From: Octopus vulgaris
Lineage: Eukaryota
Direction: 5' to 3'
Assembly: GCA_951406725.2 (NCBI GenBank)
Contig: OX597831.1
Span: 66,526,001 to 66,590,000, forward strand
DNA length: 64,000 nt
Made by a program: the position numbers and the translations under genes. The notes beneath the pieces are model-generated. The model did not search any database. It was not told the origin of the DNA and saw only the letters and a program-made list of their open reading frames with translations. Shown one piece after another: positions 1 to 15,884 of the stretch. Numbering within the stretch: the stretch's first letter is position 1; each line of letters begins with the position of its first letter.

Positions 1-143
1 AACTGGTTTCTGAATTAAAAACAAATAGATCTTAAATAATGTAATCTGTCCGACAAGGTTCAAGCTCTTGTAACTTCAATATTTTCTTTTCTACATCAAA
101 TTTCAAAGGGGGGAAAAAAAGGTGTTGATGACGAAACACTTAC

Positions 144-159
144 CAGGAGTATCACTAGC
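144..159 (-). CDS. Candidate 16-nt coding microexon (GCT AGT GAT ACT CCT G = ASDTP) of a minus-strand gene running off the left edge
   Basis: Minus strand reads tatttatttaag|gctagtgatactcctg|gtaagt (consensus donor). It is in frame after the ATG ending the exon at 3054-3082. Confidence 0.5.
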
Positions 160-537
160 CTTAAATAAATATACAATTATATGGAAACTAACAATAACCT
201 TACAAGACTTCTAACAAGGGTAAAGTGAAAATAACATAAACAGAGTGTGGAAAGTTGAAATTAATTATTAATAAAATATTAAATCGTAATAAAAATTTAA
301 CAAATCAGAAAATTTTAAAAGCAAGTGACATTCTCCCATGAAAACAAAAGCTTTAGTAAATTCAAACAAAATTTTACAGAACTGTTCTCTAAAACATATA
401 AAACATTGGTTTACACATCTCCAGGTGAAGCATTTATAGGTAACTGAGAGAAATTATGAAAGAAAGATACCCTCACAACTATATTGCTGAATAATTCGTC
501 TCTTCCAACCAAATCTACTTCTAACAGAATATTAACT

Positions 538-700
538 CATCATCATCATCATCGTCATCATCATCATCGTTTAATGTCCGCTTTCCATGCTAGCATGGGT
601 TGGACGATTTTGACTGAGGGCTGGCGAGCCAGATGGCTGCACCAGGCTCCAATCTTGATTTGGCAGAGTTTCTACAGCTTGATGCCCTTCCTAACGCCAG
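538..700 (-). mobile_element. 5'-truncated RTE LINE 3' end with (GAT)n tail
   Basis: tttaatgtccgctttccatgctagcatgggttggacg matches the 3' terminus of the RTE at 19586-23030, preceded by (CAT)n. Confidence 0.8.
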
Positions 701-1470
701 GATGCCCTTTCATAAAAATACCCCAACAACAATGGACATTTCTTCTTGTACCTCTCGCTCAGACCCTATTTTTCTGCTATTTAAAGATTTGTTTTTAAAA
801 ATCTCTGTTGCAGTAAAATGACAAAGACCTTGAAACTCTTGTAACCTCTTTCATAGTGGAGTGGAATTATACCCCAGAAGTCTCACTGATTATGATTGCA
901 AAGCCCTGAAGCAGTATCAACTTATCCTTTGTGATGTAAACAGATAGCAGTTAGATTTTAGCAGCTCCAGCTTTGTCAGCAGCAATAAAACTTTTCATAA
1001 AATTGAATTCCACAAAAAGTGAAATGATGCAATTTAAACTTTGAAAACCATAAAAGCTTCAGAATACTTGTGCCTTTTGAACTATAATGGACAAATTTCT
1101 CTTTGACAAATATCTGAGGAAGCCATAATTTACTGATGCACAATGATAAAACATACACACAGACATATACTTTACTTGATATTTTAATCTTTATAAAACG
1201 TGTGAGTTTTGTCAAATCAACTGAGAAAATTACCCCACTTTTTGTTAAAAATTACCAAATTTTATCAAATTAATCTCATCAATGACTTAGGTAAAATTAC
1301 AAAATATAGTGTTAAGTTTGCTCAAAACAAAATTTCACCATTATGCTAATTATTTACAACAGTAGAGTAGCAACAGAGTTATAGAATGGCGTGCAAAGAA
1401 GGTAGGAAGATCAAGGCCATGTCCTTTCACACCCATTTACAGATACACACTCGTACATACAACTGCTTAC

Positions 1471-1735
1471 ATCATCATCATCATCATCATTTAACGTCCG
1501 CTTTCCATGCTAGCATGGGTTGGACGATTTTGACCTATGCTGGCGAGCCAGATGGCTGCACCAGGCTCCAATCTTGATCTGGCAGGGTTTCTACAGCTGG
1601 ATGCCCTTCCTAACGCCAACCACTCCGTGAGTGTAGTGGGTGCTTTTAGGTGCCACCGGCACGGGGCCAGTCAGGTGGCACAGGCAACGACCTCGCTCAA
1701 ATCTTTTTACATGTGCCACCGGCACAGTTGCCAGT
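1471..1735 (-). mobile_element. RTE LINE 3' end fragment
   Basis: Same terminus plus gtgccaccggcac 3'UTR repeat units. Confidence 0.8.
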
Positions 1736-2264
1736 GAAGTGACGTTAGAAGGAAAATTGAGAACCAAAGGCCATGTAGACTCAATGACAAGGAATATATA
1801 TTGAGCAAACTTCACATTATACATAGTATTTTTTGCCTAAATCACTAATGAGGTACTTTAATAAGATTATGTAATTTCCAATAAACAATGATGTACTCCT
1901 GTCAGTTGATTAACTGAAATACATGTATGTTTTATAATGCTTAAAATTGATGACATGAGAATCCTAGTGTTTTTATACTACTTATAATACCAAATCTGTT
2001 TTGTGTACCTCCTTAATAGCTCTTATCCTGCATACTAGCCTATCTTAGCCTAGTATGCTGCATAGGAGCTCAATACCCTTTGTCTAACCGCACAGGAGTG
2101 GAGTGTGGGATAAACTACTTTTGGTTACATATCATGTTGTAAAGTGGTGGTTCTCAACCGTTTTTTTACCAAGGGACCCCCTTTGATTCCTATTTTACTC
2201 TACTGGACCTCCATAGTCATTCACTGTATATAAAAAAAATCCTATCATATTTTTTTATAATTAA

Positions 2265-2484
2265 CCCTTTAGTGTTTAAACTGGCTATATCCGGCCCGAA
2301 TATTCTACTCATTTTATGCTCAAACTGGCCAGAACCAGCATCTCACACCTACCCTGCAATGTCATTCTAAAAATAAACAATTACATCTTTCAAATCTTGA
2401 AGCTACAAGATAATACCAGATTAATTTTCTAAAATGTAAACGAATAAAGATTACTTTTGACATATTAATTTGAACGCTAAAGGG
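2265..2484. mobile_element. Non-autonomous piggyBac-like MITE, nested in a probable hAT-like MITE (~2143-2609)
   Basis: TTAA|ccctttagtgtttaaa ... tttgaacgctaaaggg|TTAA; outer element bounded by gtggttctcaac ... gttgagaagcac. Confidence 0.65.
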
Positions 2485-3053
2485 TTAAATATTATTAGAA
2501 ATTGCATAAAAAAATTAAACTATTTTTGTGTATTGCAGAAGTGTAACAAATTTAATGCATATAAATTTTAACAACAAAATCTTATATGGACCCTAGTTGA
2601 GAAGCACTGCTGTAAAACTTTTGTGCAAGTGCACACCCATGCCTACCCTGTTCTCCCGTCACAAGGAACTACATCCATAAATCTTTACAAGATGACAATC
2701 AGATTTGAGACTAAACTGACCATGAACAATAAGGCCAAACCATTAAAGTGCACACACACTCAAGCACCTGAGTGTACACACAGAACCACACACACACATA
2801 CTCATCATCTTATGTCACCCTTCTCTTCTCTTTTAAGCAACCACACATCTTCACACACACACATACAAGCACACATACAAACAGGCATAAGACTAATTCT
2901 CAGACAGAATCAAGGTAGACCTTGAAGAGAGAAGGCATATCGCTAATGAGGCCACAAATAGTGATAAAAGGACTGTGACAAACAAACACATCACAGAAAG
3001 AATAAAAGAATTGACAGAAAAAGAAAAAATAGGAAATATTAAAAAATAATTAC

Positions 3054-3082
3054 CATCTTTGTTAAATGTTTTTCACAAGCAC
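3054..3082 (-). CDS. Candidate 29-nt exon ending in a start codon (mostly 5'UTR + ATG) of a minus-strand gene
   Basis: Minus strand: long polypyrimidine tract ttttcttattctcttttcacttttctttttaacag|gtgcttgtgaaaaacatttaacaaagATG|gtaatt. Confidence 0.5.
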
Positions 3083-3796
3083 CTGTTAAAAAGAAAAGTG
3101 AAAAGAGAATAAGAAAATAAAACAAACTTATAATCAAATGAAACATGGAGAGTTATTAGAGCAAACATATCAATAATATAGTGGTCTACATGAGATGAAG
3201 TCATCAATGGTGACCAAATAATTAAGGGGTTTCAAGAAATAATATATGAAGTAAACAACAAAAGAAAAAAAAATAGTTTTGAAATAAAAAAAAGCTTCAC
3301 ATAGAAAACACTATGACAATTGGATTTCATTCCATAGATCCTAATCTGCCCCAGCTAATTAAATGTCACAACCACACTAAATATCATATTCTCCATTACC
3401 TTTTATCTTTTAAACAAATAGTTGGCCTATTTAGCTATTTAGCAAAAAGATAAAACTTTAAGGAAAAGTTACTTGTCATAAACAAGGGCAAATCTGTTTC
3501 ACACTTCTGTATCTGTAATGGTCTTTTCATGCAGATATGTGGGGGTGTTTGAGCATTGTGTGTGTGAGGGGGGTACATACATATACACATGTATATATAC
3601 CTATGCATATATACATATATATACCTAGTTATGGTATATTCTGTTAAGAACATAGTAGAGTACAGTATAAAGCTGTCCACCTTCAGATTTACCCTGTGCT
3701 AACCACTAGTAGGATTGTATGTACTTTGAGGTTTGCATTTGGGCATCCATCATGTAGGAATAGATAATTGAAAAAACTGGAACCAAAATGTGACCT

Positions 3797-3985
3797 CGTG
3801 TGTACCGTTGGCGATTTTTTTCCTCTGTCTTCCCTTCTCTGGATCTTTCCTTCTCCTACATTTCCGACGAAGAGCTCCGCTCGAAACGTTAAACCCTCCT
3901 TCTTTCCTGAGCGTCCAATAATACTATATTTGTTCCACGTCCTCGCGTTGTTGTGTTTTTTTGTGCTTTCTTGTTTGGATTAACA
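3797..3985 (+). mobile_element. Penelope-like pLTR fragment carrying a minimal hammerhead motif; inverted copy at ~6387-6585
   Basis: Near-identical reverse-complement copy at 6387-6585; contains ttt-ccgacga-a-gagc-tcc-gctc-gaaa-cgtt-aaac. Confidence 0.55.
3861..3894 (+). ncRNA. Minimal type-I hammerhead ribozyme motif (core CCGACGA, U4C variant)
   Basis: Stem I ttt/aaa, core, stem II GAGC/GCTC, GAAA, palindromic stem III aacgtt, GUU site. Confidence 0.55.
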
Positions 3986-4685
3986 TTACATATATACCTA
4001 TGTATATATACAGGGTGTCACAAAATTAAGGCAACCAACTTTTTGCAGTTATATTTCAGGTCTAAGCATTGCAGTGCAATGGTAAAGGAAACACAATTAT
4101 GACACTATCACATTTATTCAATATTACCACTTCTGTTTCAAATCACAGCCTCAAGTCTAGGTGCAAATGCTTCACATGCGGCACACAGCTGATACTGCAG
4201 AATCGAAGCCCATTCCTGGTGCAGTTTTACCTTCAGAGTGTCAAGTGAAGCATGAGGAGTGCTTGAGATCCTTGTCTTCCAAAATGAACTAAATAGAAAA
4301 ATCCCCGAGTTGAGATCGGGACTTCTTGAGAGCCATACAACTTTGCCTATGAACGATGGAATGTTTTTCTGAATTCAGTGTTGCGTCTGTTTGGAGCTGT
4401 GGGATGGTGCCGAGTCCTATTGGAGGCTCCAAGGTGCACCTTCAAAGTGCTCGTTCACCCATGGAAGCAGTTCAGCTTCCAGAATGTTGCTAATGTATCA
4501 CTGGGTATGACCTTCCAGTGGCTGTCACAGCCACCCAAGCCAGAACTAGCTGTGGATTTTGGACATCGATTTACAAGTCTACCCTCAACAGACCCAGATA
4601 CACTCCAAAGTCAGTCATTCTGGTGGTTTACTGTCTGCTCAATGTCAAATTTCTTTTCATCAGTGAACACCAGGTTGGGCAGCAT

Positions 4686-5102
4686 GGATCTTTTCGGTTT
4701 GAACGGTAGTTTTTAACATAATTTCTAGGTAACTAAAAAATTTTAAACTTCGAAAACTGGTAGAATGTGTTTATAAAACATCTTTTTCTCTTGGCTTTAT
4801 TGAGAAAATTCTATAGTTTGTAAGATATTTGTTGTTTATTTTTTCTTCAATTTCTGCAATTTCAACCAATCACTGACGTCTATTGAGGTAAAAAAAAACA
4901 TTCAGTGCCGTATGAATACGTCCCTCGTTTAAGAAACGGATTGGGTTTATTTACATTTGTGAAGAAAAAAAAGATACCCTTGCCCCCACCCCTAACCCTA
5001 AAACAGATTGAAATGCAATAGATCGATACTAGGGTCATAATTATGGGTGACAATTTCATATGACACCGCTAGAAAAAACTGCTGTTCAAACCGAAAAGAT
5101 CC
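4686..5102. mobile_element. MITE with GGATCTTTTCGGTTTGAAC TIRs and 8-bp TSD (Merlin- or hAT-like)
   Basis: TIRs at both ends; flanks ggcagcat/ggcagcgt; other copies at 44640, 54582, 60241. Confidence 0.8.
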
Positions 5103-5471
5103 GGCAGCGTGCCTTCAGCAATCTGATTCAGGATAAGACAACTTCTCTCCAGCCTCATGGCCTTATAAACTTGTATGAGCTCATGACAGCAGATCATATT
5201 ATAAGGATGGGTCCTGAGATCCTCCTTCAGCACTCAATACATCGATGTTCGACTTATTTGCTATGGCAGCCAGGAATGATGAGACTTTCGCTGTATCTTT
5301 TCTCTGGTACTTTGATAAGCTTTTGCGGCCACGTCCAGGTCAATCAGCAGTGGAATCAGTCCCTTGAAAAATCTTGACAATTTTCCAGACTTTTTGGTTA
5401 ATTTTAAGCATTTTTGCTATAGGTGTACTACTTTCACTTCCTTTGTGGAGGGTTCTGATTGTATAATTGTA

Positions 5472-5855
5472 CTAGCAGTATCGCCCGGCGTTGCTCAGGT
5501 TTGTAAGGGAAATAACTATAAAGCATTTTTAGAGAGCTATAGCCAAAAAATAGCAAAAAAATGGAAAAAAATTATGGTAAATTTTTTTTTGATAGTTAAA
5601 AAGGTGGAGTTGCGTCCCCTACACAGTTTGTGGTTTGTGTTCCTGATTCTCGACCCCATGTCGAATTTATCGATTTTTTTTTCAGAACTGGGGGAACTTT
5701 TCAAAATTTTCGCTGCGTTAGTTTTGAATTATGACATTGGGCTATGTGTGTGTCAAGTTTCATCAGAATCGGTTGAAAGCCGTGGTGAGGATGAGGGTAC
5801 AAGCAAACAGACACACAGAAACACGCAGACAAACTGCCATTTATATAGAGAGAGA
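5472..5855 (-). mobile_element. Non-autonomous Helitron
   Basis: Minus strand A|TCTCTCTCTATATAAA ... GC-rich hairpin ... GCTAG|T; homologous to 37497-38285. Confidence 0.7.
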
Positions 5856-6308
5856 TGCTGGGCTTATAGCGATTATCTAATTTATACACCTGAATTTATT
5901 TAGTCTGAAACAAAAAGAAGACACATTAAGCTTTTATAATGATGTATAATATTCATGTTATTTCACTTTCATTGATAGTTATTAGAGCCTGAAACATCTG
6001 TTGCCTTAATCTCAGGACACCCTGTACACATATATATATTATCATCATTATTATCATTAGTTTAACATTTGCTTTTCCATGATTTCAAGACAAATCCTTC
6101 AGGCAAATTTTCTGTGGTTGGATGCATTTCCTGTTGCCAATCTCACTATTTCCAAGTAAGTCAATATCTCCCTAGGACCAGATATGTTTCCATGCAAGAT
6201 TAAAAAGACACTGCTTCCACTTCAGTGACACTTGTTTACACAGTGTCAAGATAAGGTAGCACTAACACATACGCATATGTGGGTTTGTATATACATATGT
6301 ATACATAT

Positions 6309-6375
<67 letters not shown>

Positions 6376-6484
6376 GTGTAGTTACAGTTAATCCAAACAA
6401 GAAAGCACAAAAAAACACAACAACGTGAGGACGTGGAACAAATATAGTATTATTGGACGCTCAGGAAAGAAGGAAAGAAAGAGG

Positions 6485-6519
6485 GTTTAATGTTTTGAGT
6501 GGAGCTCTTCGTCAGAAAC
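6485..6519 (-). ncRNA. Degenerate minimal hammerhead (CUGACGA core, GAAA mutated to AAAA)
   Basis: Minus strand gttt-ctgacga-a-gagc-tcc-actc-aaaa-catt-aaac; sister copy of 3861-3894. Confidence 0.45.
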
Positions 6520-6713
6520 ATAGGAGAAGGAAAGATCCAGAGAAGGGAAGACAGAGGAAAAAAAATCGCCAACGGTACACACTCGGTATACATATAATTA
6601 TATATATATGTATACGTACATATAATTATATATATGTATATGTACATATAATTATATATATGTATATACATATATATCTATAAATATAATATGTGACAAT
6701 TAGTTGGTTGTCA

Positions 6714-6776
6714 TAATAAAACTCAGAGTTTCGGATGCTGGGGCTGAAGTCTGCTCCAGCATCTCATCAGTTATTA
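6714..6776 (-). ncRNA. Type-I hammerhead ribozyme motif with canonical CUGAUGA core
   Basis: Minus strand: TAATAA-CTGATGA-GATGCTGG(loop)CCAGCATC-C-GAAA-CTC-T-GAG-TT-TTATTA; stems I and II pair, stem III palindromic. Confidence 0.7.
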
Positions 6777-6909
6777 GGAGAAACAAAAACGCTATGAAAA
6801 AAAAGCCATTGAATAAAGGGAAATTACTCCAATAGGCATGGGGAAAGTGAAACTTCAGTCAAAGAACCTACACATGTACACATATACATACATGTACGCA
6901 CACACACAC

Positions 6910-6943
<34 letters not shown>

Positions 6944-7078
6944 GGCGTTAGGAAGGGCATCCAGCTGTAGAAACATTGCCAGATTAGACTGGAGCCTGGT
7001 GCAGCCTTCTGGCTTCCCAGAACCCCGGTCGAACCGTCCAACCCATGCTAGCATGGAGAACGGACGTTAAACGACGAT
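6944..7078 (+). mobile_element. RTE LINE 3' end fragment
   Basis: ggcgttaggaagggcatccagctgtag...acccatgctagcatggagaacggacgttaaacgacgat. Confidence 0.75.
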
Positions 7079-7632
7079 ATATATATATATATACACATAC
7101 TCACACATGCGTGTACATATACAAATACACACACATATATATATATGTCTATACATATGTAAACGTACATATAATACACGCATACACGCACATATACATG
7201 TATATATACCCATGCACACATCATTATGTTTATTTACACATTTCTATATGCACATGCACATATGCGGATAGACTTATATACAAATAAAAACACAAGCAAA
7301 AACATAATCTGTAAAACATTCACATTTGCTGCAAAACTTGAATATACATGAGTTATATATGTACGTACATAAATATACCCCCCTTTCTGTCAAACACATC
7401 TATATCTGCAGATATATAAACGTATATACATACATATTTGTATGAAGGAAGGAGACAAGTACAACAGGTAGAGTTTTACACTTGTATATATACAATCATT
7501 CATACACATGTATATATGCATGCATGTACACATTTGATGTATACTACATGCGTAAATAGTTACACAATTATAAAGGATGAAAAATAATATACAGAAAAAA
7601 TATATAAAGCTATAAAATATATATAAGAAATG

Positions 7633-7858
7633 TTAAGACAGGAGAGACTTGTACGTGGACATAATATAAAAAGCATGTTCTATCTGTAATCTTAGTGGGG
7701 TCCAAAAACCTAACAAATGTTTTGCCATATGTGGACATAGCCCAAAAAGACATGTAGTGGAATCTAACAAACTTTTCCAGATGAGCCATCTTTCCATATC
7801 GCAAAGACCGCACTTTCCACTGCCATTAGTGTAAGGCTTACACTTGGCCAATACCTTT
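7633..7858 (-). mobile_element. C-terminal fragment of a Penelope-like element ORF (Cys/His motif region at the end of the GIY-YIG endonuclease)
   Basis: Translation AKCKPYTNGSGKCGLCDMERWLI...CPHMAKHLL fits the PY-x-CxLC-x2-E[KR]...CxH terminus of PLE ORFs (Naiad-like). The same-strand hammerhead at 6714-6776 lies downstream. Confidence 0.55.
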
Positions 7859-8125
7859 TAGTGTGTGCGTGTGTATGTATGTGTATTTGTGTGTATGTGG
7901 GTGTATGTGGGGGTGTGTCTGTGTATGAGTGTGTGTGTGTCTATGTGTGTGAGTATGTGTGTGTGTGTGTGAGTGTTTTGTGTTTGTTGGCTATTTTATG
8001 ATCAGATTCATAGATATTTAAATTTTTTTGTCTAATGTAGAAGTCAGCGTTCCGTGTGTGTGAGTGTGTGTGTGTGTGTGTGCGTGCGTGTGTGTGTGTT
8101 TCTCGCACACCCCATCAAACACACA

Positions 8126-8171
<46 letters not shown>

Positions 8172-8845
8172 TACACACGCAAGCACATCAAATCTTCCGA
8201 TTCACGCCAACACAAAAGATACCATTTCCCCCCAACCCCAACACATTATATATATATTTATATACGCACACATATATATATATATAAATTAACACAATAT
8301 ATCTGATATGATTGTGCGGTGGTGGTGGGCGATAATATGTCACCGTTCTAAACTGTTGCTACTGTCACACCTTCTCTGTAGGTAGAGGCAGAAGTACAGT
8401 GACAAAAGTGGAGGGAGAAAGAGTGACAGAGAGACAGCAAAGCTGTGAAATTTCGTTATTGAGGGAAAATGCAGACAGACGTACAGAGAGAGAGAGAGAG
8501 GATGTGGAAGAAATAGTGACAGCGCTGGCAAAGGTGGTGGGGGAAAGATAGAGGAAGCTTCAAACGTCATTATAGAGAGAAATTGAAGGAAAGGGAGGAA
8601 AGAGAGAGATGGAAGAAGAAAGGGTGATAACCATTAGAGAGAAACAACAAACTCTTGTCAAAGTGTGGGGTTTTTTGCCCTAGTAACCACAGCTTTTGAG
8701 ATAGCGATTTCTAACCTAGCCCAGTCACGTCCTCACCTCTTTTTACATGTCCCTGTAAATTTTGGACTGAATCCAACCGGATCTAGTGCCATTAAACCTT
8801 TACCAAAGCCAAAGTGCACAAGTTTTTTTAGGTAGATAATGTGTA

Positions 8846-8891
<46 letters not shown>

Positions 8892-8964
8892 TATATATGC
8901 ATATATATATATGTATATATATATATGCATATATATATATGTATGTATAATGAATATACATACA

Positions 8965-9417
8965 CATGCATCATACAGTCTACCTTTCACTCTGAGCGAG
9001 AGGCCCTTTGTCACCGGCAGAGGTAGGAGCTCTCTGAACTTTAACCAGATTATTCTTATTCTAGCAGTTACACTCAGAGCAACCTCGGTAACGGAAGCTA
9101 TCAACTACTTCTAGTTTTTCCCCCTGGAATGTGACGGAAGCTGTTTTCTGCACATTTTCAGTGTTTATTGCCCCTGAGCATTTGCCACATACAAAAGCTA
9201 TCTTCCCCATTAGCCATCCTTTGATATTGCTGCACCTTATGTATCCATAGCTTACACCGGGTACATCTTACGGAGTTTCTACTTATGCCTGTTCTACAAA
9301 TCAAACAGGGCCATCTACCTGAAGGGATTTGTGGTTTGTTTGCCTTCCTACTTATTAAAACTTTGGTTTTAGCTAAGTTGAGTCTAAGGCCCTTTGATTC
9401 TACACCTTGCTTCCACA
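8965..9417 (-). mobile_element. RTE LINE internal fragment (RT C-terminal region), frameshifted
   Basis: ORF pieces GLRLNLAKTKVLISRK...GRWPCLIC and ARIRIIWLKFRELLPL match the RTE protein at 20298-22010. Confidence 0.85.
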
Positions 9418-9419
9418 CG

Positions 9420-9710
9420 CGAGTACTGTCCAAATCTCTGACCAATCACATAGAGCTAGCTGGCATTCAATTGGCGTATCAAGTTTCGGGCATTTTGATT
9501 GGGTTTTGGATAGAAAATTCACAAAAAAGTCACTTCTATTGATTTTTTAATGGCTTTGCGGTGTGACTGTGGAAATGTAAAGATGTGCGTGCACGACCAC
9601 CCTTGGACGGTTTTGAATGACCATAGAAAGTGCGAGCTCTCTAACTGAAAAATTGTGGATTTGTATAAAGGACACACATGCAGACATTTTGCCGTTTATA
9701 TATAGAGAGA
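9420..9710 (-). mobile_element. Helitron-like 5' fragment
   Basis: Minus-strand start tctctctatatataaacggcaaaatgtctg, as in the Helitrons at 5855 and 37497. Confidence 0.45.
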
Positions 9711-9829
9711 TATTAATAACTGCAATAATACTTCTTAAAACCTTCTCTTGCTCATGATAGTTTTCCTTTAGACAGAGCGGGACATTTAAAGTAAGGAGCA
9801 CACACAAACTAATGTAGTGAATATTTTAG

Positions 9830-9870
9830 AAATGGATGTTAAAATGCTATCTTCAACTGAAGATCGCAGA
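9830..9870 (+). CDS. Candidate first coding exon (MDVKMLSSTEDRR) of a plus-strand gene, possibly TTK
   Basis: atattttag|aaATG...cgcaga|gtatgt, 13 codons, phase-0 donor; separated from TTK exons by an assembly gap. Confidence 0.3.
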
Positions 9871-9929
9871 GTATGTTTATCATGCAAAGCATGAAATCAA
9901 TTGATTTTGACATACTCTTTTCTCTTTTC

Positions 9930-10310
9930 TTAACTCTTTTACTTGTTTCAGTCACGTGACTGTGGCCATGCTGGAGCACAGCCTTTAGTTAAGCAAATCG
10001 ACCCCAGGACTTTTTCTTTGTAAGCCTAGTACTTATTCTATCGGTATCTTTTGCTGAACCACTAAGTTACGGGGACGTAAACACACCAGCATCAGTTGTC
10101 AAGCGATGATGGGGGGGGGGCAAACAGACACACACACACATATATTTACATATATACGATGGGCTTCGTTCAGTTTCCGTCTACCAAATCCACTCACAAG
10201 GCTTTGGTCGGCCCCAGGCTATAGTAGAAGACATTTGCCCGAGGTGCCACGCAGTGGGACTGAACCCGGTACCATGTGGTACATAAGCAAGCTACTTACC
10301 ACACAGCCAC
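9930..10310 (-). mobile_element. tRNA-derived octopus SINE (OR2-like)
   Basis: Head gtggctgtgtggtaagtagcttgc and tail gtgctccagcatggccacagtca..tgactgaaacaagtaaaaagag on the minus strand; many copies in window. Confidence 0.8.
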
Positions 10311-10574
10311 TTATAAGATAAAAATTCAGTTAGGTGCTAAATAACCACCTAAGAGATATTATATATCCAAAGAATTTGCTGGTATTTTTTCCTATATAAA
10401 TAACACTGTTATGAACTATCGCTCATAACAGATAAGTAAATACAATAAACAATCAATATATCAATATATTGATATGAATAAGAAACGGAAACAAAATAAT
10501 AAATTGAATAATTGAATCATTAACTGATAAATTCAATTGTTTTATTACTGCAATATAAACAAATCATAAATCAA

Positions 10575-10661
10575 GTAACAGCTGTTTCTACTTCATTAAA
10601 AACAGGTTTTGTCTAAGATTAACAAATTACCCTTTTAAAATAAAATGAGGTTTCTTCAGAC
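10575..10661 (-). ncRNA. Degenerate hammerhead-like motif with long stem-II loop
   Basis: Minus strand gt-CTGAAGA-aacctcatt...aatgaagta-GAAA-CAGCTG-TT-ac; palindromic stem III acagctgt; stem I weak. Confidence 0.35.
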
Positions 10662-10855
10662 GGGAATATCTTCTTAATATTCTATGAAAATAGCAAATAG
10701 ATATTGTCTATAAGTGTAAATACTTTTAAAATGTTTTTTTAAGAGTGAGCTTAATAATAAATAAACTCACTGAAATTTCATATATTCTTAAATTCAAATC
10801 TATTAGCATCTAGTTCTATAACCGATTTTGTTATATAATACACACATTCATATAC

Positions 10856-10895
<40 letters not shown>

Positions 10896-11253
10896 CATAC
10901 ATACCTGGTTACTCACACAAATTTACATATTTATCTCCATATATACTTACATCATACGTACATACACAACTCCATATATACAGAATATATGTATATATAT
11001 ATGTTTGGTATAAAGTTTATATATTAATTAAAATCTAAATAACAGAAATTGATGCAATAAATTAAAACTCATGATCTTTTCAATTAAATATAAAGTAAAT
11101 ACAGGTGAGATAACTATTTTTCTATTTAAGAGAACAAAACGGAAAATGAAATGTATTTAATAAATCTATTTAATATGAAAACCGAAAAACAAGCTAAAAC
11201 ACAATAAAATTAAATAAGATAAATACACTATATCTTATATATATTATACAATC

Positions 11254-11321
<68 letters not shown>

Positions 11322-11447
11322 GGAAAATGGTAAGATAACAAAAGAAAGAGACCTCAATATTATGTAAATAGAGGAAATTTATCTGTAAAATAATGTGACA
11401 ATTATTCAATGGCCCAGATAAAACTCTGAGTTTCCGATGCCGAAATT

Positions 11448-15672
<4,225 letters not shown>

Positions 15673-15673
15673 A

Positions 15674-15828
15674 TGATTGATTGATTGATTGATTGATTGA
15701 TTCTAGTTTCAGCTTATTAGCTGTGGCCATGCTGGGGCACCGCCATTTGGTGTTGCCACTTGGTTTCACTTCATGGAGGCTTTCTAGCAACTGCTATTTG
15801 GTGCATGAGAGAGTTCGTGCAGCTGCCC
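15674..15828 (-). mobile_element. Inverted 3' end of a CR1-group LINE with (AATC)n tail
   Basis: Reverse complement of ~16855-17003. Confidence 0.85.

Positions 15829-15883
<55 letters not shown>

Positions 15884-15884
<1 letters not shown>

Larger units (their letters stand above)
4011..6024 (-). mobile_element. Degenerate Tc1/mariner-superfamily transposon (maT, DD37D-type) with a nested MITE and Helitron
   Basis: TA-flanked TIRs cagggtgtcacaaaattaaggcaac / gttgccttaatctcaggacaccctg. Minus-strand remnant Q*DSAPSHSSKQTQH*IQKNIPSFIGKVVWLSRSPDLN, with about 37 residues between the 2nd and (frameshifted) 3rd D. Confidence 0.8.

Noticed and set aside
484-798. His-rich ORF (similar ones at 1386 and 59534)
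   Set aside because: Antisense reading of the RTE (GAT)n tail
4989-5002. Telomere-like ccctaaccctaa
   Set aside because: Only two units, internal to a MITE (also at ~44941)
9438-9505. CCAAT boxes suggesting a cell-cycle promoter
   Set aside because: They fall within or next to a probable Helitron fragment and cannot be distinguished from chance
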